DNA from: Lama glama
Taxonomy: Eukaryota
NCBI GenBank assembly: GCA_028534125.1
Contig: CM052816.1
Span: 82,090,001-82,150,000, forward strand
Length of the DNA: 60,000 bases
Reading direction: 5' to 3'
Shown here: one piece after another, positions 1 to 11,998 of the stretch
How the letters are laid out: each line of letters opens with the position of its first letter
Numbering within the stretch: position 1 is the first letter of the stretch
Notes under the pieces: generated by a model
What the model saw: the letters and a program-made list of their open reading frames with translations, nothing else
Database searches by the model: none
What the model was told of the DNA's origin: nothing
Translations under genes and position numbers: made by a program

Positions 1-719
1 TATCTATGCATGAAATCCATATGTACAAAGGGAAGGCTGGCAGAAAAAAACTTCAAAATTAGCTGACAGCCAACCTAGTCTGACAAGCTAACTACTTCCT
101 GTAATAAAACATAAAATAAATGTAGTGGGTAAAAGTGATATTTGGTATAAAAACTAAAATAGACATAAAAATCCAGCCTAAATTCCCAGAAGGCATTATC
201 TCCTTCATTTAAAAACATGCTGACTGATCAAAGAGGTAACCAAGCTCATATTTATAAACTTCCAAGATTAACACTTTCAAGTTGGTCCTGATAATGGCTT
301 GCTAAGATTTTTTTTCTTATACAGTTAGAACAAACTCCAAGTGCGAGAATGTAGTGAAAAGCACTTAAAATTATTTGTATTATGCAAGCAAAGGCCGTCA
401 TTCATTTTCTTTATTAATAATATTAAATGTATAGGAGGAACACTTGACCCATGAGTCTCCACGTGGCTGCTCTGGGTTTAGCATCCGATTCAGGGAGTCT
501 ATAGCTAGACTTCCAGTAGGATGACAAAACAAGTCTGTTTTCCCGATGGTTTAAAATTATTCCCTGCAAGTAAGCCAGGCATTTTTGTGTCTTAAACGTG
601 GGACTGGCCACGAGGCTTCGTTTGAACAAAGGGCTCTGTGGCTAGAACGTTAGGAAACACTGCGTTAGAGCCTCAAACTCTTTCATCTGTAATAATGTTA
701 ATAATGTTCTTCACGCAGC

Positions 720-1270
720 AGCCAGGGTGATCCTTTGAACATGTCACTCTACTCAAAGCTCTCAGTGGCTTCTTACCTCAATCAGTGGTGGTTACCTGGG
801 CCTACAGTCCTCAGTAAGACCTGCCTCGCTCACCACCTAGTGAACCTCCCTGCCTCCGCACACCTTGGGCTCCCGCCTACCTCACTCTCTCTGCTTCAGA
901 GGCCCCTTTGCTGCTCCTGTGTGCCCAGCAAGCTCTGGCGTCGCACCTCACCCTTGCTTTCCCTTTTCCTTGTGTGTTCTTCCCCCAGATATCAGTACAG
1001 TCCATCCCTTCATTTCATTCAAATCTTTACTCAGATGATTTCCTACAACAGGTACAAGCCTGACTGCATCATCTAAAATAGTACCCAGACAGACACCCTT
1101 TGTTTCCGCACGCTCTTATTTGACTGCTCACTTTCTTTTCACCTGACATAGCACGTATCTTTGCTTACTTCTGTCCGTCCCCATTAGAACACAGGCTCCA
1201 TGAGGCCAGGGGTTGGTACCGTCCTCTGTTGTGCCCCCGGTGCCTAGAACACGCCTGGCACAAGGCACAC
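720..1270 (+). mobile_element. L2 LINE 3' fragment (ancient)
   Basis: Pyrimidine-rich body ending in a characteristic L2 terminus (ccattagaacacaggctccatgagg...gtgcctagaacacgcctggcac). Boundaries approximate. Confidence 0.7.
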
Positions 1271-2092
1271 ACCCTGGTCACAATAGATTTGTGGGCTCAC
1301 TGGCACAGCTTCTCAGTCTGCTCACTTCCTCATGGGGAATAATTTACACAACAGGATTCTGATTTACAAGTTTACTCATCTAGTCCACCAAACTACTGGC
1401 TAAAGGCTGGACAACGTTGACGCCAGTGCTTTCATAAGACTCTAGAATACTTGAGCATCAGTGGTCTCAAAGAGCAATGAGGCTTTCTTCCAACAGGCCT
1501 TACAGCTAGGGTGTAAGCAAAGTACAGGGAAAATGGAACTTGCTTCCGTAGTATATATTTGGGCACAGCTCTATTAATTTCCCCAGGATTTCACAGACAT
1601 ATATCATGAAATGGTTCTTATTTTTATCTGTGTCTTGAAAAGAAAACAGTTACACATCCAAATAGAGCATAATTCTGCCTTTAAGCGTCACATGGTAGGT
1701 TCTTCCGCACTTGAAAAATGGACTGTTAAGCTCAGTGCCTTGTTTGTTAAAAATCACAATGCTTTCTCCATGCCAATCTTTGACAAATCTAAGACCTTAA
1801 AAAAAAAAAAAAATCCCAGGCCATTCAGCCGCACTACCTTGTACCACTTCCCTGTAAGCAGTAAACTCCTTATAACTCATTTTATGCTCCCCTCTCCCCA
1901 ATTTTGTGTTTTCTATGTTTCTGTGGTTGCTAAATAATATCGAGCAAAGAGAATAAAGGTGCTCTTTAAAGTAGTTTTTCAGGAAGACACAGCTAATTGG
2001 AAAAAAGGATTCATCTTTTCCAATTTACAAGTGGATATCTGAATGTAAATCAACAAACTTATGGAAGAGGCATGTCACACAAGTGTGCTTAC

Positions 2093-2346
2093 TTGACAGG
2101 ATTCCTGGGAGCATCTGGATCTTGGGCTGTGACTGAGCCTATTGTCGTGTTTATCTGAGCATCTTCTCTTATCTGCAGGATGTAGGCTGGTTTGCTGAAG
2201 ACGGGGGGCTCATCTACATCTTCCACCACAATTCTAACTGTGGCCGAATCTTTGAATGGACCCAAGTAGAGAAAGCGGGGTTCAACATGAGGATTGGAGG
2301 CTTCCACTTTGAGGGTGTACACTTTCTTCTTTTCAAAGTCCAATAG
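2093..2346 (-). CDS. CDH6: Cadherin-6 internal exon (human exon 7 equivalent), 254 nt; end of EC3 and start of EC4
   Basis: Translates [84 protein letters not shown](K), with LDFE, DVDEPP and AQDPD Ca-binding motifs. Acceptor ...cctcaacaag|CTA, donor GTCAA|gtaagc. Phase matches the preceding exon. Confidence 0.96.
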
Positions 2347-2760
2347 CTTGTTGAGGCAGGAGGGAAGAAGTGACATATATAAATCAGCCAAGACACAGAA
2401 AGCTAAGACATCAACCATTTTTAGTGCAAACCACTGGGAAATGAATGTGATCACATGGCTTAGAGACATCACTACACAGTGTGGTACTGGGCAAAGACAT
2501 GGGAGTTCAGATGCCACACAACCCTGATGGAAGTGCGAACTGAAACCATGTACCAGGGGCACAAGTTACGATGGGCAGGAGGGGGAACCTAGAAACAAGA
2601 GTCTGTTATAGACCCCTTTTTAAAGAAAAAATCCTTATATTTGACTAGAGGGAGCCACACTAGAGGCAGGTTGACAAATACGTAGTAGATCATTCTGTGT
2701 CAGATGTTGTCATATTTCACTTTAATTGAATAGCTAATGAGTATTTAAAGTTTGTCCGTA

Positions 2761-2878
2761 TCTGGGTCCCACCCTGGACCATTAAGCCAAAATATCTGGG
2801 GTGGGGATGACAATCCCTTTTAAACATGCCCCCTCCCCCAGTAATTCAACTGTGCAGACGGGATGGAGAACCACAGGT
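2761..2878. mobile_element. MER5A-like hAT-Charlie MITE fragment
   Basis: ctgggtcccaccc...atctggggtgggg...ttttaaacatgcccc...ggagaaccacagg resembles MER5A. Confidence 0.55.
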
Positions 2879-4191
2879 TTGCAGAATGATTCCCTCTTCC
2901 TCATTCAGGTAAAATAGATTAATCTTTTTGTCATGGCATGAGGTGATAAAATATTCCAAGTGATATCCTGATAAAGGCATCTGGCTAATTGCTTGCCAAA
3001 GAAAGTAATGATCATTGTTGTCAGAGGTCTTTAGGAGAAGTATCTCTGCTTCTGGAGACATAGTGAACCCAAGTGCTTATTGCTGACTTTTAGTTTTAGA
3101 TCATAATATGACAAGGCTCGCTAGAAACACAATTAATCAAGACGTTAGTGAATGTGATTTAGTTGGCTAGGCAAAATTTCAGTTTGAATCTGAAAAGGCA
3201 CCAAGAAAATTAAAAAGGTTAATGCACACTAATGGGCTTCCTAATTATATTATAGTATAAAACATTGATCTGAATGTCACTTAAACATGTTTTATTGTGT
3301 TTCCAGATATTAAGACATGTAATCCAAAGCTTAAGAGGAAAATGCATCTTATTTACATCCACCTATGCTTACATTTACCAGCAAATGTAACAGTGTGCTA
3401 AAGGAGGGAGAAAATATTACACCATACATGATAAAAGTGAAATCATTAAAAAATAAGCCAAATTAATATTATTTTTAGCTTTGAAGCACATAGTTTATTG
3501 GGTTTTAATTTTTGCCATACTTTAGTATACTGCTCCATGGTGCCAGACAATTTTGGGGGGTAAGTAGTAAATAAGTACATAGGGGAAAAATGGAATTCAG
3601 AATATAAAGACTTTATTATTGTGCTCCAAAAAATAGCTAAAGAGCTTGCAGGAAGTTATGTTACTTTATTTTTGTGGTCTTTATATATCCCCTCTAACTC
3701 AAGCCATCTTTATCACTGCTTGCATTGCCCTTTCCTTCAAAGCATGTAACCGCATTTGTAGTTACACGTCTCCTTCTTTGCTTTCTTGTCCAGGAGAACA
3801 GTTCCACAAGAGCAGAGACAATCCTGTGGAAGGTACTATTGCACCTCCAGCATCTAGAACAGTGTCTGGTACTGTTTTTAAATTTATTGTTCATTTACAT
3901 GATTTATTTCATGCATTTTTATGTATATCATTTGTTTATATTATTTATTTAGTTAGGAAGTTCTTAAAAATTTATTGGAAGTATGAGATTAATGAATGCA
4001 GAAGATTATGAAGGGCCCCTGAAAGCCAACCAAAGAGCTCTCAATGTAATTAGACTAGGTATTTAAGAAAACAATGAATAAAATGAGACTTAAGAGGCAT
4101 GTTCATGTGAGATGTAATTGCCCCCGGTTACTTGGGGACCAGAGAAAAGTAAATGCCTTCATTTGGATGGTATTTTTTAAAAATGCATTAC

Positions 4192-4379
4192 CTTTTTGAC
4201 AGTTATAATCCCTTCCTGGGTCTCCTGATCGGTGATGACATCAAACATGTCCAGCCCCTCTCCCTCTGTAATGCTGTACTCAATTTCAGCATTTTCTCCT
4301 ACGTCAGCATCACTGGCTTTGATTCTGCCAATTGGTGTACCCGGTAGAGAAGATTCAGGGGTTTTAAACTGGTACGTAC
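4192..4379 (-). CDS. CDH6: Cadherin-6 internal exon (exon 6 equivalent), 188 nt; EC3
   Basis: (S)[62 protein letters not shown]. Acceptor gattgatag|GT, donor AAG|gtaatg. Confidence 0.97.
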
Positions 4380-4917
4380 CTATCAATCACCGGACAGATA
4401 CAAGTCAAACACAGACTAATTACACACCATCGTAATAAAAACAAAACCCATTTTCTAGCAGTTCTTTCAGACATTACCACAGATGCAGGCAGATTTGTGC
4501 ATTCCTTAAAGTAATTAATGGTGTCCTGTTCTCCTTACGTGTTTACTTTCATGATTGTTAAGAATGCTTCTTCTATTGCATGACCTGTCTCTTGGCAAAG
4601 GGAGGTCACTTTTCTTGTCCTGTAAATAGGCTTCCAAGTTTATGGTGTGATTATGAGAAAGTCTGAACTGTTAGACCAGGGTGCAGGTTTCAATGTTAAT
4701 GTAATCTAACAGAAAGAATAGAAAAGTATTTAACCTAAACTGTGATTTTAAGCTAATTACTAGATATTCTTTAAAAGAGTTCTTCCTGTCATTGCTAATA
4801 ATAACTGAAGGTGAAAACAAATTACAGCAATTAGGAGAACGTATCCAAGCAGAGATTCTTCACTCATACATGAAGCTTGTCTAGTTGTAGTTAGGGGTAT
4901 AGGTAAGTAAATTGAGA

Positions 4918-4959
4918 AATAACTTTTTCTAATAACTTTTTCTAATAACTTTTTCTAAT
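4918..4959. repeat. Tandem repeat, 13-bp unit AATAACTTTTTCT x3.2
   Basis: Three identical units at 4918, 4931 and 4944. Confidence 0.95.
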
Positions 4960-6552
4960 TTTGACTAATTTTTTCCTTAAAATTTTATTACAGCATTTTT
5001 TTCTGTGCATAGATGTCTCCCATTCTTGTGTTTATATCCCTAATTTAAAAAACTAGATTTCATAGACATATACTTTTTTTATGTCTTCAGGTTGGAAAAT
5101 TAGTTTTCAGGAGCCTACGTGTTGAGTTTCAATTTAGATCTTCCAGGCCAGCATCAAAAAAATAAAACAATAAAGACAAAGCTTATTCTGCTCTCATCCA
5201 TCACATTTTGCGAACCATTCACACAAATTGTTTTGGAAAAATTGTAGACTACGACACTAGTGAAGTATAGCCCTTCAGTAATATTAATCCACTAAGTATT
5301 GAGCTCATCCTTGGTAAAATGATAAAACAGGACAAGTTTTTCTCTAATGTATTGCAGTTCCATTTTGGGTGCCTCCAACCCTTTTTTCTCCCTTCCCCTC
5401 CCTTGCCTCGGTACTTTATTCAGTAATGATCACAGTCTATTCAAGGAGACAGCAGAATGGGGAAAGGTCCCCTGGTATCAAGGTCCAGTTAAATTCTTTT
5501 GTTATCCTTCCCCAGGGAATCCCCACATGGAAAAGGAGGTTTTTGGGGAAAGTGTTGGTGACCCTGATATTTTCATTTCAGGCCTTCTGGAGGGGGTGTT
5601 TTAGGGTTCATAAAACCTTTCTTTTACCGGTTAAATCGGGTATAGTTTAGCTGACTATTCTGTTTCTGCATTGAGCTGACTGTGGTTAAATATTTGAAAA
5701 AAACAAAGAAAATAAGACTATTTCCTGTTGCTCCATGTGCGTCTCCGTTATAAAATAAGCTCTTATTAGCTGATCAGCTTTAAAAAAGGCCATGATGGAG
5801 TACGTGGGTTTTCTAGTTCATGCTGGACAATTATTCTCTCTTGGAAGACAAGATTCAGGTAGTTTTCTCAGGAGATCATGACCAGAAAGAAATTTTGTTC
5901 TTGCATTAAATCTAGTACCCACTTGAGGTCTTTAAAGAGAAATGGTCTCAAAGATACTGCTTGAGACAGAGTGGGCATTTACAAATGTTGTTTCTTTCCT
6001 TCCTACCTAACCATGAGCGTTGAAGATTCAGAGATGACTTTCGGTATCTCAACTAACCATAATGTGAAAAACTATTTCTGATTACAAATGGATTAAGTAT
6101 GTCGTTCCTTCCACAGCTGTATTTTTAGAAACAGTAAAATGATAAATCCTCCCCTTACAAAGCCTTGTGAGGATTTAAAAGAGATTGCACGCCTGATTAA
6201 ATTCACAAAATATCAAGTCAAATTTTTCCTAACAAACGGCAGCATGCTTGTCTACATATGTTCTGAAGAAGCACATTTATGTCTGAGGTGGTCTTTTCAA
6301 TAAGGAAAAATAAAACAACGATGTTGCTTTTACAGTAAAAGCCATATCGGACAATCGCTCAGCTAATTACCAATAAATGTTCACATCTTCTGAGCATAAA
6401 CAAGCATTGTCAACTCATTTTTCATAGAAGTGCCAGTTCTTGCTAAGGTCACTAGCTTTGACAATTAATAATAATAATGGAAAATAAATATTCTTAAAGT
6501 CACAGTTTTATAAAAGTGCACTGAAGAAACTCATTCAATCAAATGCTCCTAC

Positions 6553-6720
6553 TCTGGGGAAACCGAGGAGGGTTGTCGTTGACGTCCGTCAGCGTGATGT
6601 TCACCGTGGTGGTCCCAGACAGTCCCCCCATCTGGCCGCCCATGTCCTTGGCTTGAATCACCACTTGGTACTGCTCCCTGTTTTCTCGATCCATGTTGAG
6701 CAAAGCCGTCTTGATGATAC
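6553..6720 (-). CDS. CDH6: Cadherin-6 internal exon (exon 5 equivalent), 168 nt; second half of EC2
   Basis: Not in the ORF track; translated by hand as (G)[55 protein letters not shown](S), with MDRE and DVNDNPP motifs. Acceptor ccgtccatag|GT, donor CAGA|gtagga. Confidence 0.97.
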
Positions 6721-8050
6721 CTATGGACGGATGAGAAATTCAGAAGTGGAAAGGGAGGTATTGAAAGTACGTTAGAGAATCATTTATTTACGCAAACATA
6801 GATTGTCACCCACAACATGCATAACACTATGCAGATGTCATGGGTGACCATAAGGATGATTAGAGGTAGCCTTTGTACTGCAGGAAATTAAAACCACATG
6901 GAGCGTTAGATACATTAATATCTACCTGTGATGCAAGGAGAAATGAAAGCAAGTAAGAGTCACCTGCTGCAACAACGCAGACTGTACGTAGTACAAATAT
7001 TAAGTGTTGTAAGATGACAACAGCCAAATATAACTTGGTGTGTGGCACAAGGGTATACTACGCCAACTGCTTGATAAAAGACACGTGGGTGTACTCTGAG
7101 GAAATTGTTAAGAAAGTCATATACTTGAACTGGCCCTTGAGTTTCACTTTACCGAACTGGCTAATTGCTCATCAAATATATCCACCATAATAAATGTTCT
7201 GAGGATTTTCTAAACCACAAAACTATGGTCTTATGAAAGCACAGTATCAGTTCTCTCATAACGATCATCTCATATGAACCTAGAGAATTTTTTTCCCTAA
7301 AGCTGATGTGACTGTTAGTTCAATGGGTCCCAGCACTGACCAACATTCTTAAGTTAGGTAAAATTTATCTCTGTTGCCAGGTAGTTACAAAATAATTGGT
7401 TGAAAGAACTTCTAAAAGTTTGCCTAATTTCTGTGTAAGGCTTATGCTTAAGTTAACAACATTCTTTCAAAAATCTCTGGAGACGTCTTTATAACCTCCT
7501 CTGGTGGCACGTTTCAGTGCTTAACAACTAATAAAGTTGAAAATACCTTTAAAAATTTTTGACAAGAATACCTCAGACAACAGGTTAATTTTATTCCTAT
7601 ATTCTTGGCTTCAGTGAAAGTAAAACTGCTTTCTGTTCTCCAAATAATAGTACTTCTCTATTTAAATACAGGAGATCACCTTAATCTTTTGTCCTTTAAA
7701 CTGAATAATTCTAATTTTTCATCCTCATTGTTTTTAAACTCAATATTTTCTTTATCCTTGGGATTCTTTCCAGGTTCACTGCTCCTCTTACATCAATTTC
7801 CAACTGGATGTAGTACACTAAAAAGGTTTTGATTTCTACTAACAACAATGGATGCTTGAAAATTGTATAAAAGGAAACTGACTCCTATTTTGATAGCAAA
7901 AATATGCATAGAATTTACTATACAGTACACATGACATTTACTAAAAAAAATCATCGTAAGTTAGTAAGCAACTCTGTAGAGAAAGTGCAGAAAAATGAGA
8001 CGTTGCAAAAAGGATTCCATTAAGACAATCTACTTTGGTTTTTAGGACGG

Positions 8051-8410
8051 TATCAGTAAGGATAGGCTAGACAATGTGATAATGAACAAAGTAAAATCTC
8101 AGTGGCTGAACAGAACTAAACTGCTCTGTGCAGGCCAGTAAGAGACTCTGCTCATGACAATCCTTATGCATTCAGGCTGGAGACCCACTCAACATTGGTT
8201 TCCATCCATGATCACTGTGACAAGAGGAAGGGAACATGGTAGACTGTGCACCAGGTCTAAAAATTCTGCTTGGAAATGACTCGTATCACGGCCACACTTG
8301 ATTGGCCCAAATAAATCATGTGGCTACATATAGCTTCAGAGAAGGGTGGAGAGATGCAGTCCTACCAAATAACTAAAAAGAGAAGAAACAGAATAAAAGT
8401 AAATAGCTCT
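8051..8410 (-). mobile_element. Old MaLR (MLT1-type) LTR, degenerate
   Basis: tatcagtaaggataggctag...aaaatctcagtggctgaaca and cacttgattggcccaaataaatcatgtggc match the reverse complement of old MLT1 LTRs. Confidence 0.55.
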
Positions 8411-8707
8411 ACTGGCTATCAGAAGGGATTGGCCTTTTCGCTTTATCTCAAACTGGAGGAAAAAATAAAGCAATGTGTAGTTTTTCTAAATATACCCTGT
8501 ATAAACACAGTGGATGAAAGAGCCATTGTTCGATGTCTTGATTAAAATGATCTGAATGTCATGTTTACAACTATATCATTGGTACTGGGGAGGTGAAGCT
8601 AAGAAAATTCAATCACACTGTTTTTATTTAAAAAGAGGCTAGCTCAGCTGAGCATGTCAATTAAAATTACAGATTTTGTAAAAAGAAGATCCAGAAGGAA
8701 TTCTAAC

Positions 8708-8827
8708 CTGTTTCTGACTCAACTGAAAAATAGGGCTGCCCCTGTAGGATGCTGTAGACAACTTTAGCGCTATTCCCGTACGTCGGATCATCAGCATCAG
8801 TTGCAGTGACCTGGATAACAAACGTGC
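8708..8827 (-). CDS. CDH6: Cadherin-6 internal exon (exon 4 equivalent), 120 nt; first half of EC2
   Basis: (G)[39 protein letters not shown](G), with the ATDADD motif. Acceptor tgtcattacag|GC, donor ACAG|gttaga. Confidence 0.97.
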
Positions 8828-9249
8828 CTGTAATGACAGAAACATGAATTAAAAATAAATTAAGGGTTCATTATGGATCCTTGATACACACACATAAGGA
8901 GAAAGCACAATCTTACTTCTGTACAAAACTATCACGGCAGGGCAGTGGAGAACTCCAGCAGGGTCCCAGACTACAAAGACTTGGATTCCTCACTCTGAAG
9001 CAATGTGACGAACGTTTATAAATATCGTAAGGATTAGATTAAAGGAAGGCCTGGGAATGATCATGACTTTGAGTGGAACTGATTCCAACCCACCTCTTAG
9101 GGTGAGATTTGATTGGATTCTTGCTACTGTGATTTTTTCAAGTTATCTAGGCCTAAATCAACTGTCATTGTGCACTACTTTTTCAACAAGGATTAGTTTT
9201 AGGGATCGTTCAATCAAGGGGCCATTCATGATTTTGCTGGAAATTTGCT

Positions 9250-9521
9250 ATGTCATAGGTGCTTTTTCACTCCTGGACTGTAATGTGCTGATGTGAAGCC
9301 TGCAAATGTAGCAGCTATTTTGTGATCTTAGAAATGCCAGCCTGAGGACAAGGCTGAATAGACAGAAAATTACAGAGAAATAGCTAGAACCCAAATCAAA
9401 CCATGTTCAAAGTCCATTTTATTTTTGGACTAAAGTATTGTGGCCAATAAATACTTCCATTGTTTAAAATAGTTTGAACTGGATTTTCTGTTACCTGCAA
9501 ATAAAAGCATCCTAAGTAGTA
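9250..9521 (+). mobile_element. Old ERVL/MaLR-class LTR, 3' portion
   Basis: gcagctattttgtga, ccaataaatacttccattgtttaa, and the terminus ggattttctgttacctgcaaataaaagcatcctaa. Confidence 0.55.
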
Positions 9522-10249
9522 AATCTAATCTCTGATAATTCTGAGAGGTTGAAAGACCTTGAACCTTAAGAGAAGTGTTTTGAATTAAATAAAGAATTAA
9601 TTGGAACAGCAGAGCATACACATCTGGAATTTACAATCCCAAAAGATGATTATAATGAAATGTACATAGAAGGCTATGACGTTTTAGATTGGCATTCTTA
9701 TTTTAGAGACCACATGTTAATAATAACTTCAAAGTATCCCCAATCTCCATGAAACTCCATGCAAATTTTTGTATGTATGTCTACATGTATATTACACTGA
9801 GTAGAAGATCCACAGATTTTATCTGAATCTCAAAGGGGTCTGTGACTTCCCAAAAGGGCAAGACCCTCTGATTAAGATCCTTTTCAGGCTGACTTTTGGT
9901 ATTCATATTAGATAAAGAGTAAGCACACTGTTAGAATTCTCTTGTCCACGAACAGAGCAGAGAAGTCACATTTAGGGAATGTTAGAATTTTTACATTGCT
10001 TTTGTAATATCTAACCAATTCCATTTACCGAACAAATATACTGTATAGTGTTACAGTTGGGTGCTCTGCAGGTAGCATGTTTGATGCATGAGATAGAGCA
10101 CCCGTCCTTGTAATCTGGCAAGGGAGGAACGGAGGTGGGGGAATGAGAGAATTGTATGATTTTAGAACAGGAGCTAACAGAAGTTAACAATCACCTACAT
10201 TACTTGACATCGATACAAAATTTGATTGCTTTTAGAATATGATTGTCTG

Positions 10250-10455
10250 GATATTTTGAGTGCCTATTAGTTGCCAGATGTTATATGGGGGGCTCTGCAC
10301 TTAGTTTCTCCCTTCATCCTTATGATAAGGATTTAGGAGTCGATATTTATTACTTCTTTTTTTTATAGCTCTGGAACTGGAGGATCAGAGACAGCAAGTC
10401 ATTTATTTAAGGCCACATTGCTGCTTCTTAGTGGCGATTGTTTCAAATTCAGGTT
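10250..10455 (-). mobile_element. MIR SINE fragment
   Basis: ttgagtgcctattagttgccag...ggaactggaggatcagaga...aaggccacattgct is the reverse-complement MIR core. Confidence 0.5.
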
Positions 10456-11231
10456 TGTTTGCCACCACCCTGCTGTTGTTCTACTACCTTTATGTAATTC
10501 CCTTAGGATACCTTTACTATCACAATGACATGTTAATTTATGATAATGATGAATATCAACATAACTGTGCCTGTGTGCAAACCAGAAAGACTTCTCTTCC
10601 TCAAGACGGGTTACTATCAGCTACCCCCAATATTTATAAAACATATTCAATTTTATAGTGGCTTCAAAAGTAAAATGGCGCCCCCTATAGTTGTGCAGTC
10701 ACACCTTGCACACCTGGTTACAGCTGCCCTGCGTGGTGCTGATCACAAGACTGTCCTTCATTCACTCTTCCTCCTCCTTTACCACTCAGAGGAAAAATAT
10801 TTTTCCTAACAAATCTTCCTTTGAAAAGAACTCCAATTCTCCAGTTAACTTGGGCGATGGTTTGTGATTCTTCTAACACAACAAACTGACTTGAAGTAAT
10901 GAGATGCGCAGCTTCTTCGTGAGAAAAATGTAGATGTTTCATAATCATTTCTGTGGATTAGGTATTTTCCGAGTCTTAGAACTGTGAACTGAAAATGTCT
11001 CTGACAGCTGACTCACAGAATTATAGAAATGTTTTTATTATGCAATTTAGCCCTTTTGAATTTGACACTGAATGAAACTTAAAATAACCCTTCATACAAG
11101 TACTTTAAAATTTCTGTCTCCTATGAAGTGTTTTAATGTGGCTAACAGTGATGTCAGTAGGATTTTTTCCCTTAATTTAAATTCTATTTACCTTTTCCCC
11201 ATCTAGGCAAATTAAATACACACACATTTAC

Positions 11232-11272
11232 TTTAAAATTGGTAGTACGATTTAAAATTGGTAGTATGATTT
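11232..11272. repeat. 19-bp tandem duplication TTTAAAATTGGTAGTAYGA x2
   Basis: Units at 11232 and 11251 differ by one C/T. Confidence 0.9.
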
Positions 11273-11676
11273 GGTGCACAAAATATTAATTTACCATATT
11301 AATGTCATGAAAGTCCCTTGATTTCCACCACTTAGTAAAGAATATGTCCCCTAGACATCATCTGCATACTGTTTGTGGATTTTAAAAAGTTTTCTTTGAG
11401 TCTCATTCTCAAATATAATTACACTTTAGCCTAGACTGTAAATTCAGGCTTTTGTTTTCTGTTGGGGAGATCCTTACCTGGAACTTGATATCACTATGGG
11501 CTAAGAGAAATAGAGAGGGCTGTTGTCTTTCAGTCCAAGAAATAAAGTGGGGATTTAGAGTGGGAGAGGAAGTAGATGAGATGGTCTCTCTCTTCCTCCC
11601 TTCCCCTCTCACCCTGCCACATTTCATACCCTAATCACTAGAGGAGATGCTGTTTTCTTAAAAATGAGAAGACTAG

Positions 11677-11823
11677 GGAGATGGTGTAGCTCAGTGGCAG
11701 AGTGTGCACTTAGCATGCACAAGGTCCTGGTTTCAACACCCAGTACCTCAATTAGAAAAAAAAAGAATCTAATTACCCCCCACCCCAAAAAAACCCCACA
11801 AAAACAAAACAAAACAAAAAGGT
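11677..11823 (+). mobile_element. tRNA-Ala-derived SINE (camelid Vic-1-like)
   Basis: Head tagctcagtggcagagtgtgcacttagcatgcacaaggtcctggtttcaacacccagtacctc has A/B boxes and an AGC anticodon loop. It is followed by an A-rich linker, ctaattacc, C-runs and an (AAAAC)n tail. Direct repeat AAGACTAG at 11669-11676 and 11824-11831, with a TTAAAA L1-endonuclease-type site just upstream. Confidence 0.85.
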
Positions 11824-11998
11824 AAGACTAGAGTAATGTTAGGAAACACTGGGACAATTTCAAAAAGGACATAAATAGATTGTTTGAAATTCTTTTAGAA
11901 TTTAGCATCTAAGTTCATTCAACTCAGTAAATTTCACTTGCAGGATTCAATACTCAGTTGATGCCCTAGAGGAAATGGCTGAATCACATCCCACTCAC

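Noticed and set aside
2347..2562. N-terminal 72 aa of the 157-aa ORF 2089-2562 as a real protein start
   Set aside because: Begins at GTG in intron sequence and has no cadherin similarity; the true exon starts at 2346.
8657..8845. ORFs 8657-8845, 12128-12385 and 2214-2396 as separate genes
   Set aside because: Out-of-frame readings overlapping CDH6 exons.
9076..9087. Minus-strand TGGAATCAGTTC (WNQF), resembling the missing CDH6 N-terminal exon
   Set aside because: Only 12 nt match, the flanking codons do not fit, and it lies between exons 3 and 4, which is the wrong order. Chance match.
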